From assembly GCA_902500055.1 (NCBI GenBank), contig GCA_902500055.1_4131.1: 64,000 bases of DNA. One strand, written 5' to 3'. Positions 42,207-52,710 of the stretch are shown here, piece after piece. Source of the stretch: Escherichia coli. GTDB taxonomy: Bacteria > Pseudomonadota > Gammaproteobacteria > Enterobacterales > Enterobacteriaceae. The position numbers and the translations under genes were made by a program. The notes under the pieces are model-generated. The model was not told the origin of the DNA, did not search any database, and saw nothing but the letters and a program-made list of their open reading frames with translations. Each line of letters begins with the position of its first letter. Position 1 is the first letter of the stretch.

Positions 42207-43343
42207 TTACTTGTTAGCTTTTTCGGCAATTTCACGAAGAGTGTCTTCCAGTTCATAGGAAAGTTGTGCAATTTCCTGTTTAGCACGTTCACGTTCCAAT
42301 TTACCTTTTTTCTCTTCTTCAATAACTGCTTCAATACTGTCAATCATCGTTTTATGTACATTACGCAAGGTTTTAATATCCACAATACCACGGTTGTTTG
42401 CCTTTGCTGCGTCCAACATATTTGCTGCAACCATTTTAGAGTTAGTTTCCAAAAGACGGTTTGTCTCATTATCAATTAGATTGCCTAGTTCATTATCCTT
42501 ACGTTGACGCTCGGAAATTAACTGTTCAGCCAATTGAGACTTCCATGCTGGAATAACAACAGATTTTAAATCTTCAAACTTAGAAACAGTGTTCAAGTTT
42601 ACTTTTTTCATACTCATCAAACGTGGACCACTTAGCTCGCACATCATGATAAGACGACGAATCTTATCTTCTTGTTTAGAAAGTGCTTCACAAATCATCT
42701 TTTGCTCTTGAATAGCAAAAGAGTCTACATTTTTGTCTGCTTGCATTTCTAATAATAATGCATCTTGTGTTTTAGTTACTTCTTCTAAACCAACTAATGT
42801 ATCACGTAATTCAAACAAATATTCTTTGTTTTCATTATATGCTTTATCAAGCCATTCACATTCTCCGTGCTGGCGATTAATACCAGTTTGAAGAGTTTTC
42901 ATAATTTCGTCAATTTGCTCTTTACTGTTTTTGTACTGATCACCTACTTTCTGTTGAGCATTAACAAAGAATTTCTTAATACGACCAACAATTGATTTAT
43001 CTTCTTGAAGACTGTCAATATCAACTGCACGAGTCAACGTAAGAATTGTGGTGATTGATTTACCAAACTCGGTATTGTCATCCGTTACATTAACTTTAGA
43101 CATAATTTCATCAGCCAAACGCCCAACAGCAGCACCAGCAGTTGTACCAACAGTATTGATGTTTTGAACTGTTAGAGACATAGTATTTCCCTTAACATCT
43201 TTCAGTACTGGTAGTGATTTTGTAGTTTGGTTAAAAATATCACTTGCATCAATTGTATGACCTTTAGACGCAGTTTTAGTAGTGCGTTTTGCTGATTTAG
43301 CTGCGGTGGATGCTTTTTTAGGATTGATTTCTTTCTCGGACAT
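42207..43343 (-). CDS. hypothetical coiled-coil protein
   Basis: 378 aa, basic Lys/Ala/Thr-rich N-terminus then long helical region. Confidence 0.6.
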   Translation of the reverse strand: MSEKEINPKKASTAAKSAKRTTKTASKGHTIDASDIFNQTTKSLPVLKDVKGNTMSLTVQNINTVGTTAGAAVGRLADEIMSKVNVTDDNTEFGKSITTILTLTRAVDIDSLQEDKSIVGRIKKFFVNAQQKVGDQYKNSKEQIDEIMKTLQTGINRQHGECEWLDKAYNENKEYLFELRDTLVGLEEVTKTQDALLLEMQADKNVDSFAIQEQKMICEALSKQEDKIRRLIMMCELSGPRLMSMKKVNLNTVSKFEDLKSVVIPAWKSQLAEQLISERQRKDNELGNLIDNETNRLLETNSKMVAANMLDAAKANNRGIVDIKTLRNVHKTMIDSIEAVIEEEKKGKLERERAKQEIAQLSYELEDTLREIAEKANK

Positions 43344-43391
43344 TTAGTATTCCTCGTTTAATTTAATATGATGTGCTGCTCTGTGATAAAC

Positions 43392-43420
43392 ATTATACGG
43401 GCAGCACGTATGATAGTCAA
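43392..43420 (-). promoter_or_regulatory. sigma-70-type promoter (TTGACT-N17-TATAAT)
   Basis: Minus strand TTGACTatcatacgtgctgcccgTATAAT about 50 nt upstream of the ATG. Confidence 0.6.
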
Positions 43421-43428
43421 GTATTTTT

Positions 43429-44556
43429 TTACTCTTTGTTACCATATGCCAGATTACGAATAATTTCTACAGTACTCTCATCCACAGCTTTACCTGTCTG
43501 TGATTGTAAACGATTGATAATCAAAGGAATAGTAATAGTTTGAATATCTACCATACGATTCATATCAACTTGATATTGCTTACTTGTTGCAATAATGCTC
43601 GTTTCAGTCATGGAGGTGGTGATTCCCATTTTCATAATACGTTCTAATGTTAATTCATATTCAAACGCATCATCCACACAACGTAGTGCGTATTCACAAC
43701 CCAACTTACCATATTCAAGTTCATTTTTGATTTCATTAACTTCGTTTCTAAGTTCTGAAAACATCGTACTAAGACCACTAAACTTATTAGTGTCATACTT
43801 AACTGCTTCATTTAGTGCTTTCATCACTTTTGGCAAATCTGATGGTTGCACTTTGATATCAGTTTTACCAAACAATTTCTGTGTAAAGGTCGGCTTCAAT
43901 GGGAACAACGTCTCCAACGCAACAGTAAGGTTATTCATAAGCATTCTAATATAATCACTATGCTGTTGTAATGCTGAGTTAAGATCCAATTGACGTTCTG
44001 AAATTTGTTGAATCTTAGTTCCAATTTCTTGTGCACAAACTGGTAAGTTTACAAACCAGTCTAGTACTTTTACTGAATTCTTTTCAATAGTACTAGGGAA
44101 TTCAACCCATCTTTCAATGTCATCAATTCTGCTATCGTCTGGGTTGATAGGTTTTTTCTTAAGAACAATAGGTGCAGGTACATCTGGTGATGTTTGTACC
44201 AAGTCTAAACGTGGTTTGGCACGACCTTCTTTCCATTCACGATATTCACGCTCTAATGGCGGTACTGGCATGTTAGGATCAATTCTAATATTACTAAAAT
44301 GAATTTTATCCTTCATTAAATCAAGAACTTTCAGACGTTTATTATCAAAATAGATTTCATCTAATGACAGAGTTTTTACATCAAATAACGGATTACCCAG
44401 CGAGTCATAGGTGCGACGTACAATTACATTGTAAATGTATTTTTTGTTTGATGAACGGTCATATTGTTTCAATAAAGAGTTCAGTACATAATTATAGTTA
44501 AATTCTTGAATCTCAACTTCTTTGCCATTTTCAATGAAAAAATATTTACCTTTCAT
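43429..44556 (-). CDS. hypothetical protein
   Basis: 375 aa ORF. Confidence 0.6.
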   Translation of the reverse strand: MKGKYFFIENGKEVEIQEFNYNYVLNSLLKQYDRSSNKKYIYNVIVRRTYDSLGNPLFDVKTLSLDEIYFDNKRLKVLDLMKDKIHFSNIRIDPNMPVPPLEREYREWKEGRAKPRLDLVQTSPDVPAPIVLKKKPINPDDSRIDDIERWVEFPSTIEKNSVKVLDWFVNLPVCAQEIGTKIQQISERQLDLNSALQQHSDYIRMLMNNLTVALETLFPLKPTFTQKLFGKTDIKVQPSDLPKVMKALNEAVKYDTNKFSGLSTMFSELRNEVNEIKNELEYGKLGCEYALRCVDDAFEYELTLERIMKMGITTSMTETSIIATSKQYQVDMNRMVDIQTITIPLIINRLQSQTGKAVDESTVEIIRNLAYGNKE

Positions 44557-44597
44557 TATAAAACCTCATAATCAATTAAAATTTACGCTATGGTGAT

Positions 44598-44626
44598 ATT
44601 GTACATACTTCGACTACACATGTCAA
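44598..44626 (-). promoter_or_regulatory. sigma-70-type promoter (TTGACA-N17-TACAAT)
   Basis: Minus strand TTGACAtgtgtagtcgaagtatgTACAAT. Confidence 0.5.
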
Positions 44627-44652
44627 CACCTGAAAAGAAAAAAGGACGCACC

Positions 44653-45471
44653 TTAGTGCATCCTTTTGTTACTTTTATCCTTGTACCATACAAATGTCTT
44701 GACAGGTGGATATTTTTCATTCTTTGGTGGTTCAGGCATGTCGTATACAGTTGCATTTCTAAACTTAAGAATGTATGTGTCCATTAAACGGATTATACAA
44801 TAGTTTAAACATTTTTGTGCTCTTTCTTTCCAAAAATGTTTATATGGTTCTGGACAACCAAGATAATCAAGTTTATACATACTCATAGCAACTTGCATAA
44901 ATCTTTGGGCCGAGAATTTTCGCTTATCAATCTTACTTGCTCTGTGTTGGTCACATGTCCAACTTGATACACCAGGCAAGTGACAAAACAAATCAAAACT
45001 AACCATACTATCAAAGTATTTGTTATGACCATGTAACTCACCATAAAATACAGCTTCTGACACAGTATCATATAATGAGAAATTTGAATGTATATGTTCA
45101 TTATCAAAAATACTTTTTAAATCTTTATAAGTTTCTGGAACAGGTGGCTCAGGTAATACTTCACCGAATACTTCAACACACCATATCTTCCATAAACCTT
45201 TTGTAAATTTATTTTCTAATTCTCTATCACTATCAATATAAAAAGTTTTTTCATTTATGAAAACTTTTCTAGCCATGTATGCTTTAAAAATTGCATCTGG
45301 ATCAATGTCTTCACGATTTACATCATCCCAGCCTTTACCAATTCTTGAAATTTCAAATCTACGCATATACATACGACATGCTAAATCTTTAGTAAGGCTG
45401 CGACGATACTTTTCATCCTGATGTAATTTGGTTGTTTCGTGAAGAGATTTAAGCATATTTAAAATTCTCAT
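44653..45471 (-). CDS. hypothetical protein
   Basis: 272 aa ORF. Confidence 0.6.
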   Translation of the reverse strand: MRILNMLKSLHETTKLHQDEKYRRSLTKDLACRMYMRRFEISRIGKGWDDVNREDIDPDAIFKAYMARKVFINEKTFYIDSDRELENKFTKGLWKIWCVEVFGEVLPEPPVPETYKDLKSIFDNEHIHSNFSLYDTVSEAVFYGELHGHNKYFDSMVSFDLFCHLPGVSSWTCDQHRASKIDKRKFSAQRFMQVAMSMYKLDYLGCPEPYKHFWKERAQKCLNYCIIRLMDTYILKFRNATVYDMPEPPKNEKYPPVKTFVWYKDKSNKRMH

Positions 45472-46148
45472 CGCAACACCAAATATTTCCCGTTTCTTCC
45501 AATTACATATTGATCACCACTTCGTAGTACTGTATAGCTTTCCCCTAGTATGGAACTAAGACGCGAAGTGTCTAATTGTGTATCATTCTTTAATAACTTT
45601 TTCACATATGTTTCTGAAACAAAACCGCTTCCAGTACTGTAATGTAATTTACCATATGCTGTTTTTAATGTCAACATGTTTCCTTCTTTGATTACTGAAA
45701 CACCAGCATAATCAAGGAACTCACTAATTGAACTAGGAATACCCAAATCAATTCTCTGCTGTATTTCTTCAAAATCAACATCGATTGGGTCATTAACACC
45801 ATATAGTTGTATTTTCCAACCTGGGTCTGGACAAATATTTTCAATAGTTTTAATTAAACGTAAAAGTTTTTCAGGGAATTCGGCATTTCGTTCCATTTCA
45901 ACATAAACTTGATATCGACCATCTAAATTTGGTGTTTCTGCTGCTTCTGTATCAGCTACATCAATAGGTGATTTTTCAATAAAAGAAGATAAATCATATG
46001 CTGCATCAAAATTGTTAAGTACCTGAAACATAATAACAATATTACTATCTTCAATTTTAGGAGTATATTCATCAACACTAATGATAGGATGAATCAAATC
46101 TTTGAGAACTTGCGGACGTAAGCCTTGTTCATTTAATTTCTTTTTCAT
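45468..46148 (-). CDS. hypothetical protein
   Basis: 226 aa ORF, 4-nt overlap with downstream gene. Confidence 0.6.
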   Translation of the reverse strand: MKKKLNEQGLRPQVLKDLIHPIISVDEYTPKIEDSNIVIMFQVLNNFDAAYDLSSFIEKSPIDVADTEAAETPNLDGRYQVYVEMERNAEFPEKLLRLIKTIENICPDPGWKIQLYGVNDPIDVDFEEIQQRIDLGIPSSISEFLDYAGVSVIKEGNMLTLKTAYGKLHYSTGSGFVSETYVKKLLKNDTQLDTSRLSSILGESYTVLRSGDQYVIGRNGKYLVLR

Positions 46149-46711
46149 TACATTCCACCTTCTTGTGTCTCATCCGTTACTTCTACATCTAAATCCACAT
46201 CATCACCAGTTACAGGTTCTTCAATATTCTCAGGAGAATTCATTGGATTACTATTGAATTCTGCTGCCATTAGTTTATATTCATCAAAACTTTCTGGATT
46301 AATCAAGTTTCGTGGAATCTGCACTCTAACCAATAGTACTGGGATTCTTTCATTTTTTGGTATACGTACAGAGCCAGATTGTGTCGCTACACTTTTCATG
46401 TCAGCTTGACGATTTGGTTCTTTAATAGGAGTTATTTCATAATCAGCTTTAACATATACTTTAGTTCCATGTTTCTCTAAAATAGAGAATGCGGTAGGAT
46501 CGGGAAAATTTTCACGATAGTATTTAAATGTAACAGTACACCAATACTTACTTACAATTGGCCCCTCTACCAACTCACCCTCAATAATTCCTTTATACGC
46601 ATATAAATCATTATCATCGAAATATTTCTCTACAGCAAGAAGTATATCTAACATACCACTGTTATCATACAACTGCTGAATAGCATTATCTGTATAATCT
46701 AAATCGTCCAT
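46148..46711 (-). CDS. hypothetical protein
   Basis: 187 aa ORF with acidic C-terminus. Confidence 0.6.
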   Translation of the reverse strand: MDDLDYTDNAIQQLYDNSGMLDILLAVEKYFDDNDLYAYKGIIEGELVEGPIVSKYWCTVTFKYYRENFPDPTAFSILEKHGTKVYVKADYEITPIKEPNRQADMKSVATQSGSVRIPKNERIPVLLVRVQIPRNLINPESFDEYKLMAAEFNSNPMNSPENIEEPVTGDDVDLDVEVTDETQEGGM

Positions 46712-46759
46712 ATTTTATATTATCCTTAAAAACTAGCACATATAATACTATTTACTACT

Positions 46760-46786
46760 TTTAAAATACAACAAAAGGGGTTTGAA
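46760..46786 (-). terminator. rho-independent terminator
   Basis: ggggttt-gaatc-aaacccc hairpin followed by a T-rich run on the minus strand. Confidence 0.6.
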
Positions 46787-46807
46787 TCAAACCCCAATTT
46801 AAAAGTT

Positions 46808-47452
46808 TTATTTGTAATATTTACCTAGTACTGAATAAATTTTCAGTCTAAGTTCTGTCCAGTTTTCGATATATTCAAAACCACTATGATTCTTATACAT
46901 AGTATTATGAGAACATCCCATCATAACTGATGGAATACCAAGACCCATAGCAGTTTCAATATTATTGATATAATCATCAATCATTAGTTTTACATCATAT
47001 CGTGTTTGTAAATCCTCTAATGCTTCTTTCTTTGATTCATTCATTTCTATGATAATAATCTCATCAAAGCAGTTTTCACCAAATTCACGCATTAGATTTA
47101 CATTTCGTAAAACTTCACCATAGCCTTTTTTACCACATTTTGTGAGTACTACGAATTTTTCTTTATGAAAACGATCACGTAGCTCTTGTACAATATCAAC
47201 TGTATTTGGTTCGACTGGCTTTAACAACCCAAACAAATATGATTGTTGGTTGAACTGTTCAAGAATCTTTTTAACTTCAGGTTGAGGAACACCCAACCAG
47301 TCTGATAAATCATATTCTAATGGGTATGGTGTTGATGGTGTGATATTATAAGTTTGTTTTACAAACTCAGAAAGCATACCCATATGGTCCAATAGAACTT
47401 CATCACAATCAAAAACTATACAACGTGGTTTCATTACATGTTCCCCGAACAA
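46808..47452 (-). CDS. HAD-superfamily hydrolase (possible nucleotidase)
   Basis: N-terminal FDCDEV DxD motif typical of HAD phosphatases. Confidence 0.5.
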   Translation of the reverse strand: MFGEHVMKPRCIVFDCDEVLLDHMGMLSEFVKQTYNITPSTPYPLEYDLSDWLGVPQPEVKKILEQFNQQSYLFGLLKPVEPNTVDIVQELRDRFHKEKFVVLTKCGKKGYGEVLRNVNLMREFGENCFDEIIIIEMNESKKEALEDLQTRYDVKLMIDDYINNIETAMGLGIPSVMMGCSHNTMYKNHSGFEYIENWTELRLKIYSVLGKYYK

Positions 47453-48423
47453 ATTAGGTCAATCTCACACAGTAAAGCACTAAGATTCATTTCACGGTCT
47501 GATACTGTTGCTTGCTTAACAACTGCATCACGAATTTTAACTTTAATCTTCATCAGTGTGATTTCATCAGTACTGAACATTTCAGCATTACGATACAGAT
47601 AAGAAAAGAATGCATCCATCTCATCATCAGGGATATTTTGTACAATTTGTTCACGCATTTGGCGAATGTTGCCTGCCTTTAATGCTTCAACAATTGCAGT
47701 ACGATACCCTGCTGAATTTTCAATACTATCTTCAAGTTTTACTAGCTTACCATCAACAACTGAACTTTGCAATACGTTTAGTGTTTTACGGAAATCAGGA
47801 TAGGAAGCATTGATGTACTTTTGAACTTGTTCAACACTATCATCACTACTCAAATCAACACCTTCTGCTAGAAGAATATTATAAATTCGAGTCATGAATT
47901 GTTCCATATCATGCTTTTCGATTGTAATAACTTGAACACGAGAAATGATAGGTTTTTGAATTTTATGTGGTTCGTTACTTGTTAAAATAAAGCGAGCATT
48001 TTCATGATAGTCTTCCATTACACGTTTCAAACTACCTTGTGCTTTGTGGTTCATCTGCTCCATTTCTTCAAGAACAAAAATACGATATCTACCAAAACAT
48101 GATAGCTTTGCTGCGGCATCGATTTTGTCACGAACAGCATCAATGCCTTCATCGGACATGTTAAGCGTGGTCACATCACTTGGATCAAGGTGTCCATTTT
48201 GAACTAGTCCATTAATTAGTACTTTGATCGCAGATGTTTTACCAGTTCCTGCTGGGCCAAAAAACCCAATATGTGGAATGTCACCAGTCTTAATCCATTC
48301 TTCCATTTTCTGGCGTAGTGCATCGTTTTTTGATACATAATCTTCCATTGATTGTGGGCGATATTTTTCAGTCCATAGTGTGGTCATTTGTATTTCCTTA
48401 TGTGTACGTGTTATAGAATCCAA
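47434..48423 (-). CDS. clamp loader ATPase subunit (gp44/RFC-like)
   Basis: WTEKYRPQSMEDY, Walker A GPAGTGKT, and overall RFC small-subunit layout. Confidence 0.8.
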   Translation of the reverse strand: MDSITRTHKEIQMTTLWTEKYRPQSMEDYVSKNDALRQKMEEWIKTGDIPHIGFFGPAGTGKTSAIKVLINGLVQNGHLDPSDVTTLNMSDEGIDAVRDKIDAAAKLSCFGRYRIFVLEEMEQMNHKAQGSLKRVMEDYHENARFILTSNEPHKIQKPIISRVQVITIEKHDMEQFMTRIYNILLAEGVDLSSDDSVEQVQKYINASYPDFRKTLNVLQSSVVDGKLVKLEDSIENSAGYRTAIVEALKAGNIRQMREQIVQNIPDDEMDAFFSYLYRNAEMFSTDEITLMKIKVKIRDAVVKQATVSDREMNLSALLCEIDLICSGNM

Positions 48424-48683
48424 TCGGCTGAATTATATAATAAAGCCGTGAAAAGTTCTTCTGTCATTTCCAATTGATTTAATAAAAAATTAAAAGAATT
48501 TGCCTTATTTTTAATCCCAGTACTTTCAGCTTGGGCTGATGCAACTAATAAAACTTTAAACATATCATGTGAAACTTCATATACATATTTGGTATTTTTT
48601 CTATCTTCAAACATGAATCTTCCGTTTTTAGATACTAATGTTACATCCTTGAAACTAAATTTTCCATCATCAGTTATCATCAA
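48411..48683 (-). CDS. hypothetical protein
   Basis: 90 aa ORF. Confidence 0.45.
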   Translation of the reverse strand: MMITDDGKFSFKDVTLVSKNGRFMFEDRKNTKYVYEVSHDMFKVLLVASAQAESTGIKNKANSFNFLLNQLEMTEELFTALLYNSADWIL

Positions 48684-48736
48684 AATCTGTCCAAATAAAA
48701 AGCCCAGATATTCATCCGAGCTTTAATTATATTTTA

Positions 48737-49063
48737 TTAACGACCAAAGGTTAGCATTTTAGTTCGTGGATCTTCATCTGAAACTAAACTAACTGCGGCT
48801 GGATAATCAACCAAGTTTAATTCAATACCATCAACTTCAATAGTTCTTGACCATCGACCATGATCAATTAAAATCCATTGACCTTCTTTAATATCAGTAA
48901 TGTCTTCGCCTACAGAATAAACTTTTGCCCAGCGAGAACGAATACCTCTAATTTTACCGTCATCGTTTGTTAAAACGATACCACCTGCTGTTTTGCGTTC
49001 ACCATGTTCCAGTTCAGTTACCAGTACTTTACCTTTACATGCAGTCATTACTTTATTAGTCAT
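48737..49063 (-). CDS. groES: co-chaperonin GroES/gp31-like
   Basis: ERKTAGGIVLT matches the GroES ETKSAGGIVLT signature; about 100 aa. Confidence 0.7.
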   Translation of the reverse strand: MTNKVMTACKGKVLVTELEHGERKTAGGIVLTNDDGKIRGIRSRWAKVYSVGEDITDIKEGQWILIDHGRWSRTIEVDGIELNLVDYPAAVSLVSDEDPRTKMLTFGR

Positions 49064-49071
49064 TTAATATA

Positions 49072-49416
49072 TTACTCCTGATCTTTGGTTCTAGCTCGAC
49101 GTGGTGCTTTCTTCTCTTCAGAAACCTCAGCTTCTTGTTCTTCGGGCTTAACTTCAAAACTCTCATCATCCCATACTTCATCCGTACCATGTTCAGTACT
49201 ATGAAGTTGATGTTCAGGGATATAATCAGGAATTTGCATTTCTCGTTCTTTTTCTTGAATCAACTCTTCACGAGTTTTAATAATTGTTCCACCGGAACCG
49301 ATTTTATCACCACGTGCGTTTAGATTAGCATTACCCAATGCTACCTGATGTTGATTTTGGTACTTGAGCATATCCATGTCAATTGTTGTACCACGATAAG
49401 TTGTATGTTTAGACAT
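49072..49416 (-). CDS. hypothetical protein
   Basis: 114 aa charged ORF downstream of a promoter. Confidence 0.5.
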   Translation of the reverse strand: MSKHTTYRGTTIDMDMLKYQNQHQVALGNANLNARGDKIGSGGTIIKTREELIQEKEREMQIPDYIPEHQLHSTEHGTDEVWDDESFEVKPEEQEAEVSEEKKAPRRARTKDQE

Positions 49417-49461
49417 ATCAAAATCCTTTTATTGTATGTGTGATATAAGCCTACAATAAAC

Positions 49462-49491
49462 ATTATATCACATGTTTTTCTACCATTTCAA
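49462..49491 (-). promoter_or_regulatory. sigma-70-type promoter with extended -10
   Basis: Minus strand TTGAAA-N18-TGTGATATAAT. Confidence 0.5.
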
Positions 49492-49998
49492 AAATTCGTT
49501 AACATCAAGTTCGTACTTCAATGAATCTACCATATGTAGTCCAATCAAAAACAAACAGTATGATGCAACAGAGCTTCCACGACCTAGACCCCAAAAGATC
49601 TCATTTTCTTCCATATAATCAACAAGCCATATCATACATCTTAGTAGCTTTGTCATATTATAATATTCATATAAATCAAGTTCATACTCAACACGTTTTC
49701 GTGCTTCATCGGATGTGCATTTTTGTAAGAAAAAGTCACGCAGATTTATATTGTCGTATACTGGATCATATCGCCACAGTTCATGATTTTTATCATGCTC
49801 AATTGTATAATCCAGCATACGTTGTTCTAAGCCAAATTTTTTACAGTTATCATTGAATTTCAACCTTTCAGGTTCATCAATTTCCTGCAATTGTAAGTAC
49901 TGGATATCTGCACCGCAATTGATTGCATAAACAACTGCGTTAAGATTACATTTCACATCACCATTGGGACTTATAAATCTGTTTCCTTGTACTTTCAT
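49480..49998 (-). CDS. hypothetical protein with DnaE-like C-terminal motif
   Basis: C-terminus WGLGRGSSVASYCLFLIGLHMVDSLKYELDVNEFL resembles the Pol III alpha GPGRGSGAGSLVAYAL...FERFL segment. Confidence 0.5.
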   Translation of the reverse strand: MKVQGNRFISPNGDVKCNLNAVVYAINCGADIQYLQLQEIDEPERLKFNDNCKKFGLEQRMLDYTIEHDKNHELWRYDPVYDNINLRDFFLQKCTSDEARKRVEYELDLYEYYNMTKLLRCMIWLVDYMEENEIFWGLGRGSSVASYCLFLIGLHMVDSLKYELDVNEFLKW

Positions 49999-50269
49999 TT
50001 TTCTTCTTCTGGGCCTCTTCGTTGTCAGTTAGATATGAATCCATATCGAAGATACATGGGTCTTCTTCGTCATAAACAGTTTTTTCTTTTTGTCCTTGGC
50101 GAAGTTCTAGTTCAGCATAACATTGATTTAAGACAGTTTGCATATTACCAATAATCATGTCGCTTAGGCCAGCAGCACGAGCAGAAGTTAAACGCATAGA
50201 CTGTTCATTAATTTTTAACTGTAGTTCTTTTTCCGTCATTCCAGACGGGTCAAAAAACGGATTAAACAT
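49958..50269 (-). CDS. hypothetical protein
   Basis: 103 aa ORF. Confidence 0.45.
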   Translation of the reverse strand: MFNPFFDPSGMTEKELQLKINEQSMRLTSARAAGLSDMIIGNMQTVLNQCYAELELRQGQKEKTVYDEEDPCIFDMDSYLTDNEEAQKKKNESTRKQIYKSQW

Positions 50270-50270
50270 A

Positions 50271-52691
50271 TTAACCTCCTATGTTATTGTTTTGCAATGT
50301 AATCAAAAATGTATCTGAAACATAATTCACTGATTCATGCGAAAAGTATCCGAATTCAACCGATGTGATTTCGAACTCTACACCTACCATTGTACCATGT
50401 TCATTGTTCTGAAGTAAAGTGTTAAAAAATGCTTCACCTTTCCCTGGTTGACAATATGCAACTGGAATGATAGGCATGAATTTTTTCTGTATACCATCTT
50501 CAATGTATGGGTGATTCATAAATCTTGGAACCGTATCAAGCATTTCATCACTGATACTTGGTATCGCATCAACGTATAGACCACGATTTTGTAAATCGGT
50601 TGGGTCTTTTACTAAGTTGGTTGTGTCTTCACCAATAGCCTGAAAAATATTTTGTCGTAAACCAAATAATTCACCAAGCTGACCGTTGTCGATTTGAGTA
50701 TATTGACGTGGATTTTTGGATACAGATACTAAAGATCCTTCAGGTAAAACCTCTCTATATAATAGATCATATTGTAAGTTACCTTTATTGTCAAGTGCTG
50801 ATATTATTTTATAATTACCCATTACCATTTTAAATTTTCCATTTGGAATAGTAGTTCCATTTGGGTTAATTATACTATTTCTCAATACTTTCTTGATATC
50901 AGAAAGGTTAGTATATGGATACGTTTGACTTAGGAAGTTTTCTTTCAATAACATCTTCGGTATTTTCTGAAGACCATATCTATTGTCAGATTGTCGGAAA
51001 AATAGTTGATTAGTGAATGATGAAGTACTGATACATTTAAACCATTCTCTCTCAAATGCAACCGAAGGTAATACATGTGCACTCAAATAATTCTGTCCGA
51101 ATCCTCTTACAATCTTAAGGTTAAATATTTTTCTTGCTTCACCACCTTCAGTACTAAATGCTTTAACATAAAACGATAATTTAATATCATCATTTTCACT
51201 AAAATCAATACTTTTGGCATATGCAGTTCCTACAAGATATCCATCTGGTGTCAAATCTATCCCATACTTTCTAATGTCATCACCACCATCTAAAACATAC
51301 GAAACTTGATTAGAGCTATCAGTTTCAATTTTAGGATATATACTGTCTCCAAAATATTCACCAACATGTATGGTTCCTAAATCACTATCAGTAATAAAGT
51401 TTATATTATTACCTTCTTCTGCGTTTATCAAAACCCTGAACATTTTTTGCATACCAATGATATTATCACCAAGAGTAGAGTCATAATATCCTAAATCAAT
51501 CCAATCACTACTATCATAAACGGGCTTAATTGTTCCATTATCGTATTCACCACTAATTACGTATGGATACACAACATTATCTTTTAATTGATATAAATGA
51601 TTGGGTAGTGGTTTTTCTGAAATAGAATATATAGTATCTATGTCTTCAGGACAAACCCACATTTGATATGCTTTATATCGTTGATTGATAGCAAACCTTT
51701 CACTTTCTTCGGTGTATGTACTTAATATATCAACAATCTCAACTTTAAAATATGCATCACAAGCATCTGAGTCATATAAAAATGTTTGCAATAATTGCCC
51801 ATTTGGGTTGAACACCATTCCAGTGTCAATTAAATTACCATTTCTATTTTGAATATTAACTTTTACTTCTTTGTTTATACCAGAAATAGGCCATGTTGAT
51901 TGTGCTGGCTTGAATACTGCGAAATCATTCGTAATATGTTTATCTGGAACTTCAGAAATATCCATGTCAATCAAACGATATGCTGGAAAAAAGACACGAG
52001 GTGTAATATCAGTAGTCATGTCAGTACCCAAAATGAAAGGTCGTCTTCTTCCAAATCCTTGAACGAACAATGTACTGTTGGAGCCATACTCAACATCACC
52101 AATACAATAAAGCTTTTTGTCATCACCAATCTCAACTCCGGGTGTAACCCAAACTTCTTGACTATCATATGTTATTGATGTATCAGTTAATCCTAGAACA
52201 CCACTTGGTGAAATATTTCCAAAATACATAACATTTACTGCTTGTAAATAAAAATTTATAATTTCTGTATTATTATAGGTTCCATCATTTTTACAATGAA
52301 TTTTTATAAAATAAACATCTTCACTATTAGTACTTGCAGATAAGTTAAATTCATTTTTGCTGATTTTACACTTATGCTTACCATTTACTAATTTATTACC
52401 AGTTGTACCATCTGAAATAGGAACAAAAGTATTTTCGTCATTACCAACATAAAAAGTATAATGTGGTTCTGGATCAAATACAGCACCTGAACTATCCAAG
52501 CATTGTATGTTAAGAATCATTTCTAAGTATTCATCTTCATTTAATACATAGCTATCATCCGTTGTGCTTTCTTTATTGATACTCAAACGCACAAGAATGT
52601 CTTGTCCTTCTTGTATATATCGAGCATCGGCTTTTATATCCCATCGTGGGGTAAAAGTTGTCATTATAATTCTCCATAGCCAAGCTGCCAT
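50271..52691 (-). CDS. hypothetical large protein (possible virion/late protein)
   Basis: 806 aa ORF; TATAAATA late-promoter-like octamer just upstream. Confidence 0.65.
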   Translation of the reverse strand: MAAWLWRIIMTTFTPRWDIKADARYIQEGQDILVRLSINKESTTDDSYVLNEDEYLEMILNIQCLDSSGAVFDPEPHYTFYVGNDENTFVPISDGTTGNKLVNGKHKCKISKNEFNLSASTNSEDVYFIKIHCKNDGTYNNTEIINFYLQAVNVMYFGNISPSGVLGLTDTSITYDSQEVWVTPGVEIGDDKKLYCIGDVEYGSNSTLFVQGFGRRRPFILGTDMTTDITPRVFFPAYRLIDMDISEVPDKHITNDFAVFKPAQSTWPISGINKEVKVNIQNRNGNLIDTGMVFNPNGQLLQTFLYDSDACDAYFKVEIVDILSTYTEESERFAINQRYKAYQMWVCPEDIDTIYSISEKPLPNHLYQLKDNVVYPYVISGEYDNGTIKPVYDSSDWIDLGYYDSTLGDNIIGMQKMFRVLINAEEGNNINFITDSDLGTIHVGEYFGDSIYPKIETDSSNQVSYVLDGGDDIRKYGIDLTPDGYLVGTAYAKSIDFSENDDIKLSFYVKAFSTEGGEARKIFNLKIVRGFGQNYLSAHVLPSVAFEREWFKCISTSSFTNQLFFRQSDNRYGLQKIPKMLLKENFLSQTYPYTNLSDIKKVLRNSIINPNGTTIPNGKFKMVMGNYKIISALDNKGNLQYDLLYREVLPEGSLVSVSKNPRQYTQIDNGQLGELFGLRQNIFQAIGEDTTNLVKDPTDLQNRGLYVDAIPSISDEMLDTVPRFMNHPYIEDGIQKKFMPIIPVAYCQPGKGEAFFNTLLQNNEHGTMVGVEFEITSVEFGYFSHESVNYVSDTFLITLQNNNIGG

Positions 52692-52702
52692 TATCTATAG
52701 AT

Positions 52703-52710
52703 TATTTATA
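52703..52710 (-). promoter_or_regulatory. T4-type late promoter candidate (TATAAATA)
   Basis: Minus-strand TATAAATA close to the annotated ATG; true start may be the internal Met. Confidence 0.3.

Noticed and set aside
46808-47452. T4 gp62-like clamp-loader small subunit, from its position next to the gp44-like gene
   Set aside because: The sequence has a HAD-type DxD start (FDCDEV) and no resemblance to gp62; called a HAD-like hydrolase instead.
49480-49998. Intein or homing endonuclease explaining the DnaE-like fragment
   Set aside because: No intein splicing motifs or LAGLIDADG/HNH signatures seen in the ORF.
51871-52178. Short plus-strand ORFs inside the 806-aa gene (and similar antisense ORFs throughout the track)
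   Set aside because: They are embedded antisense to long, motif-supported minus-strand genes and lack start signals; treated as spurious. The same applies to 54783..55019, 58177..58491, 43595..43954 and comparable entries.
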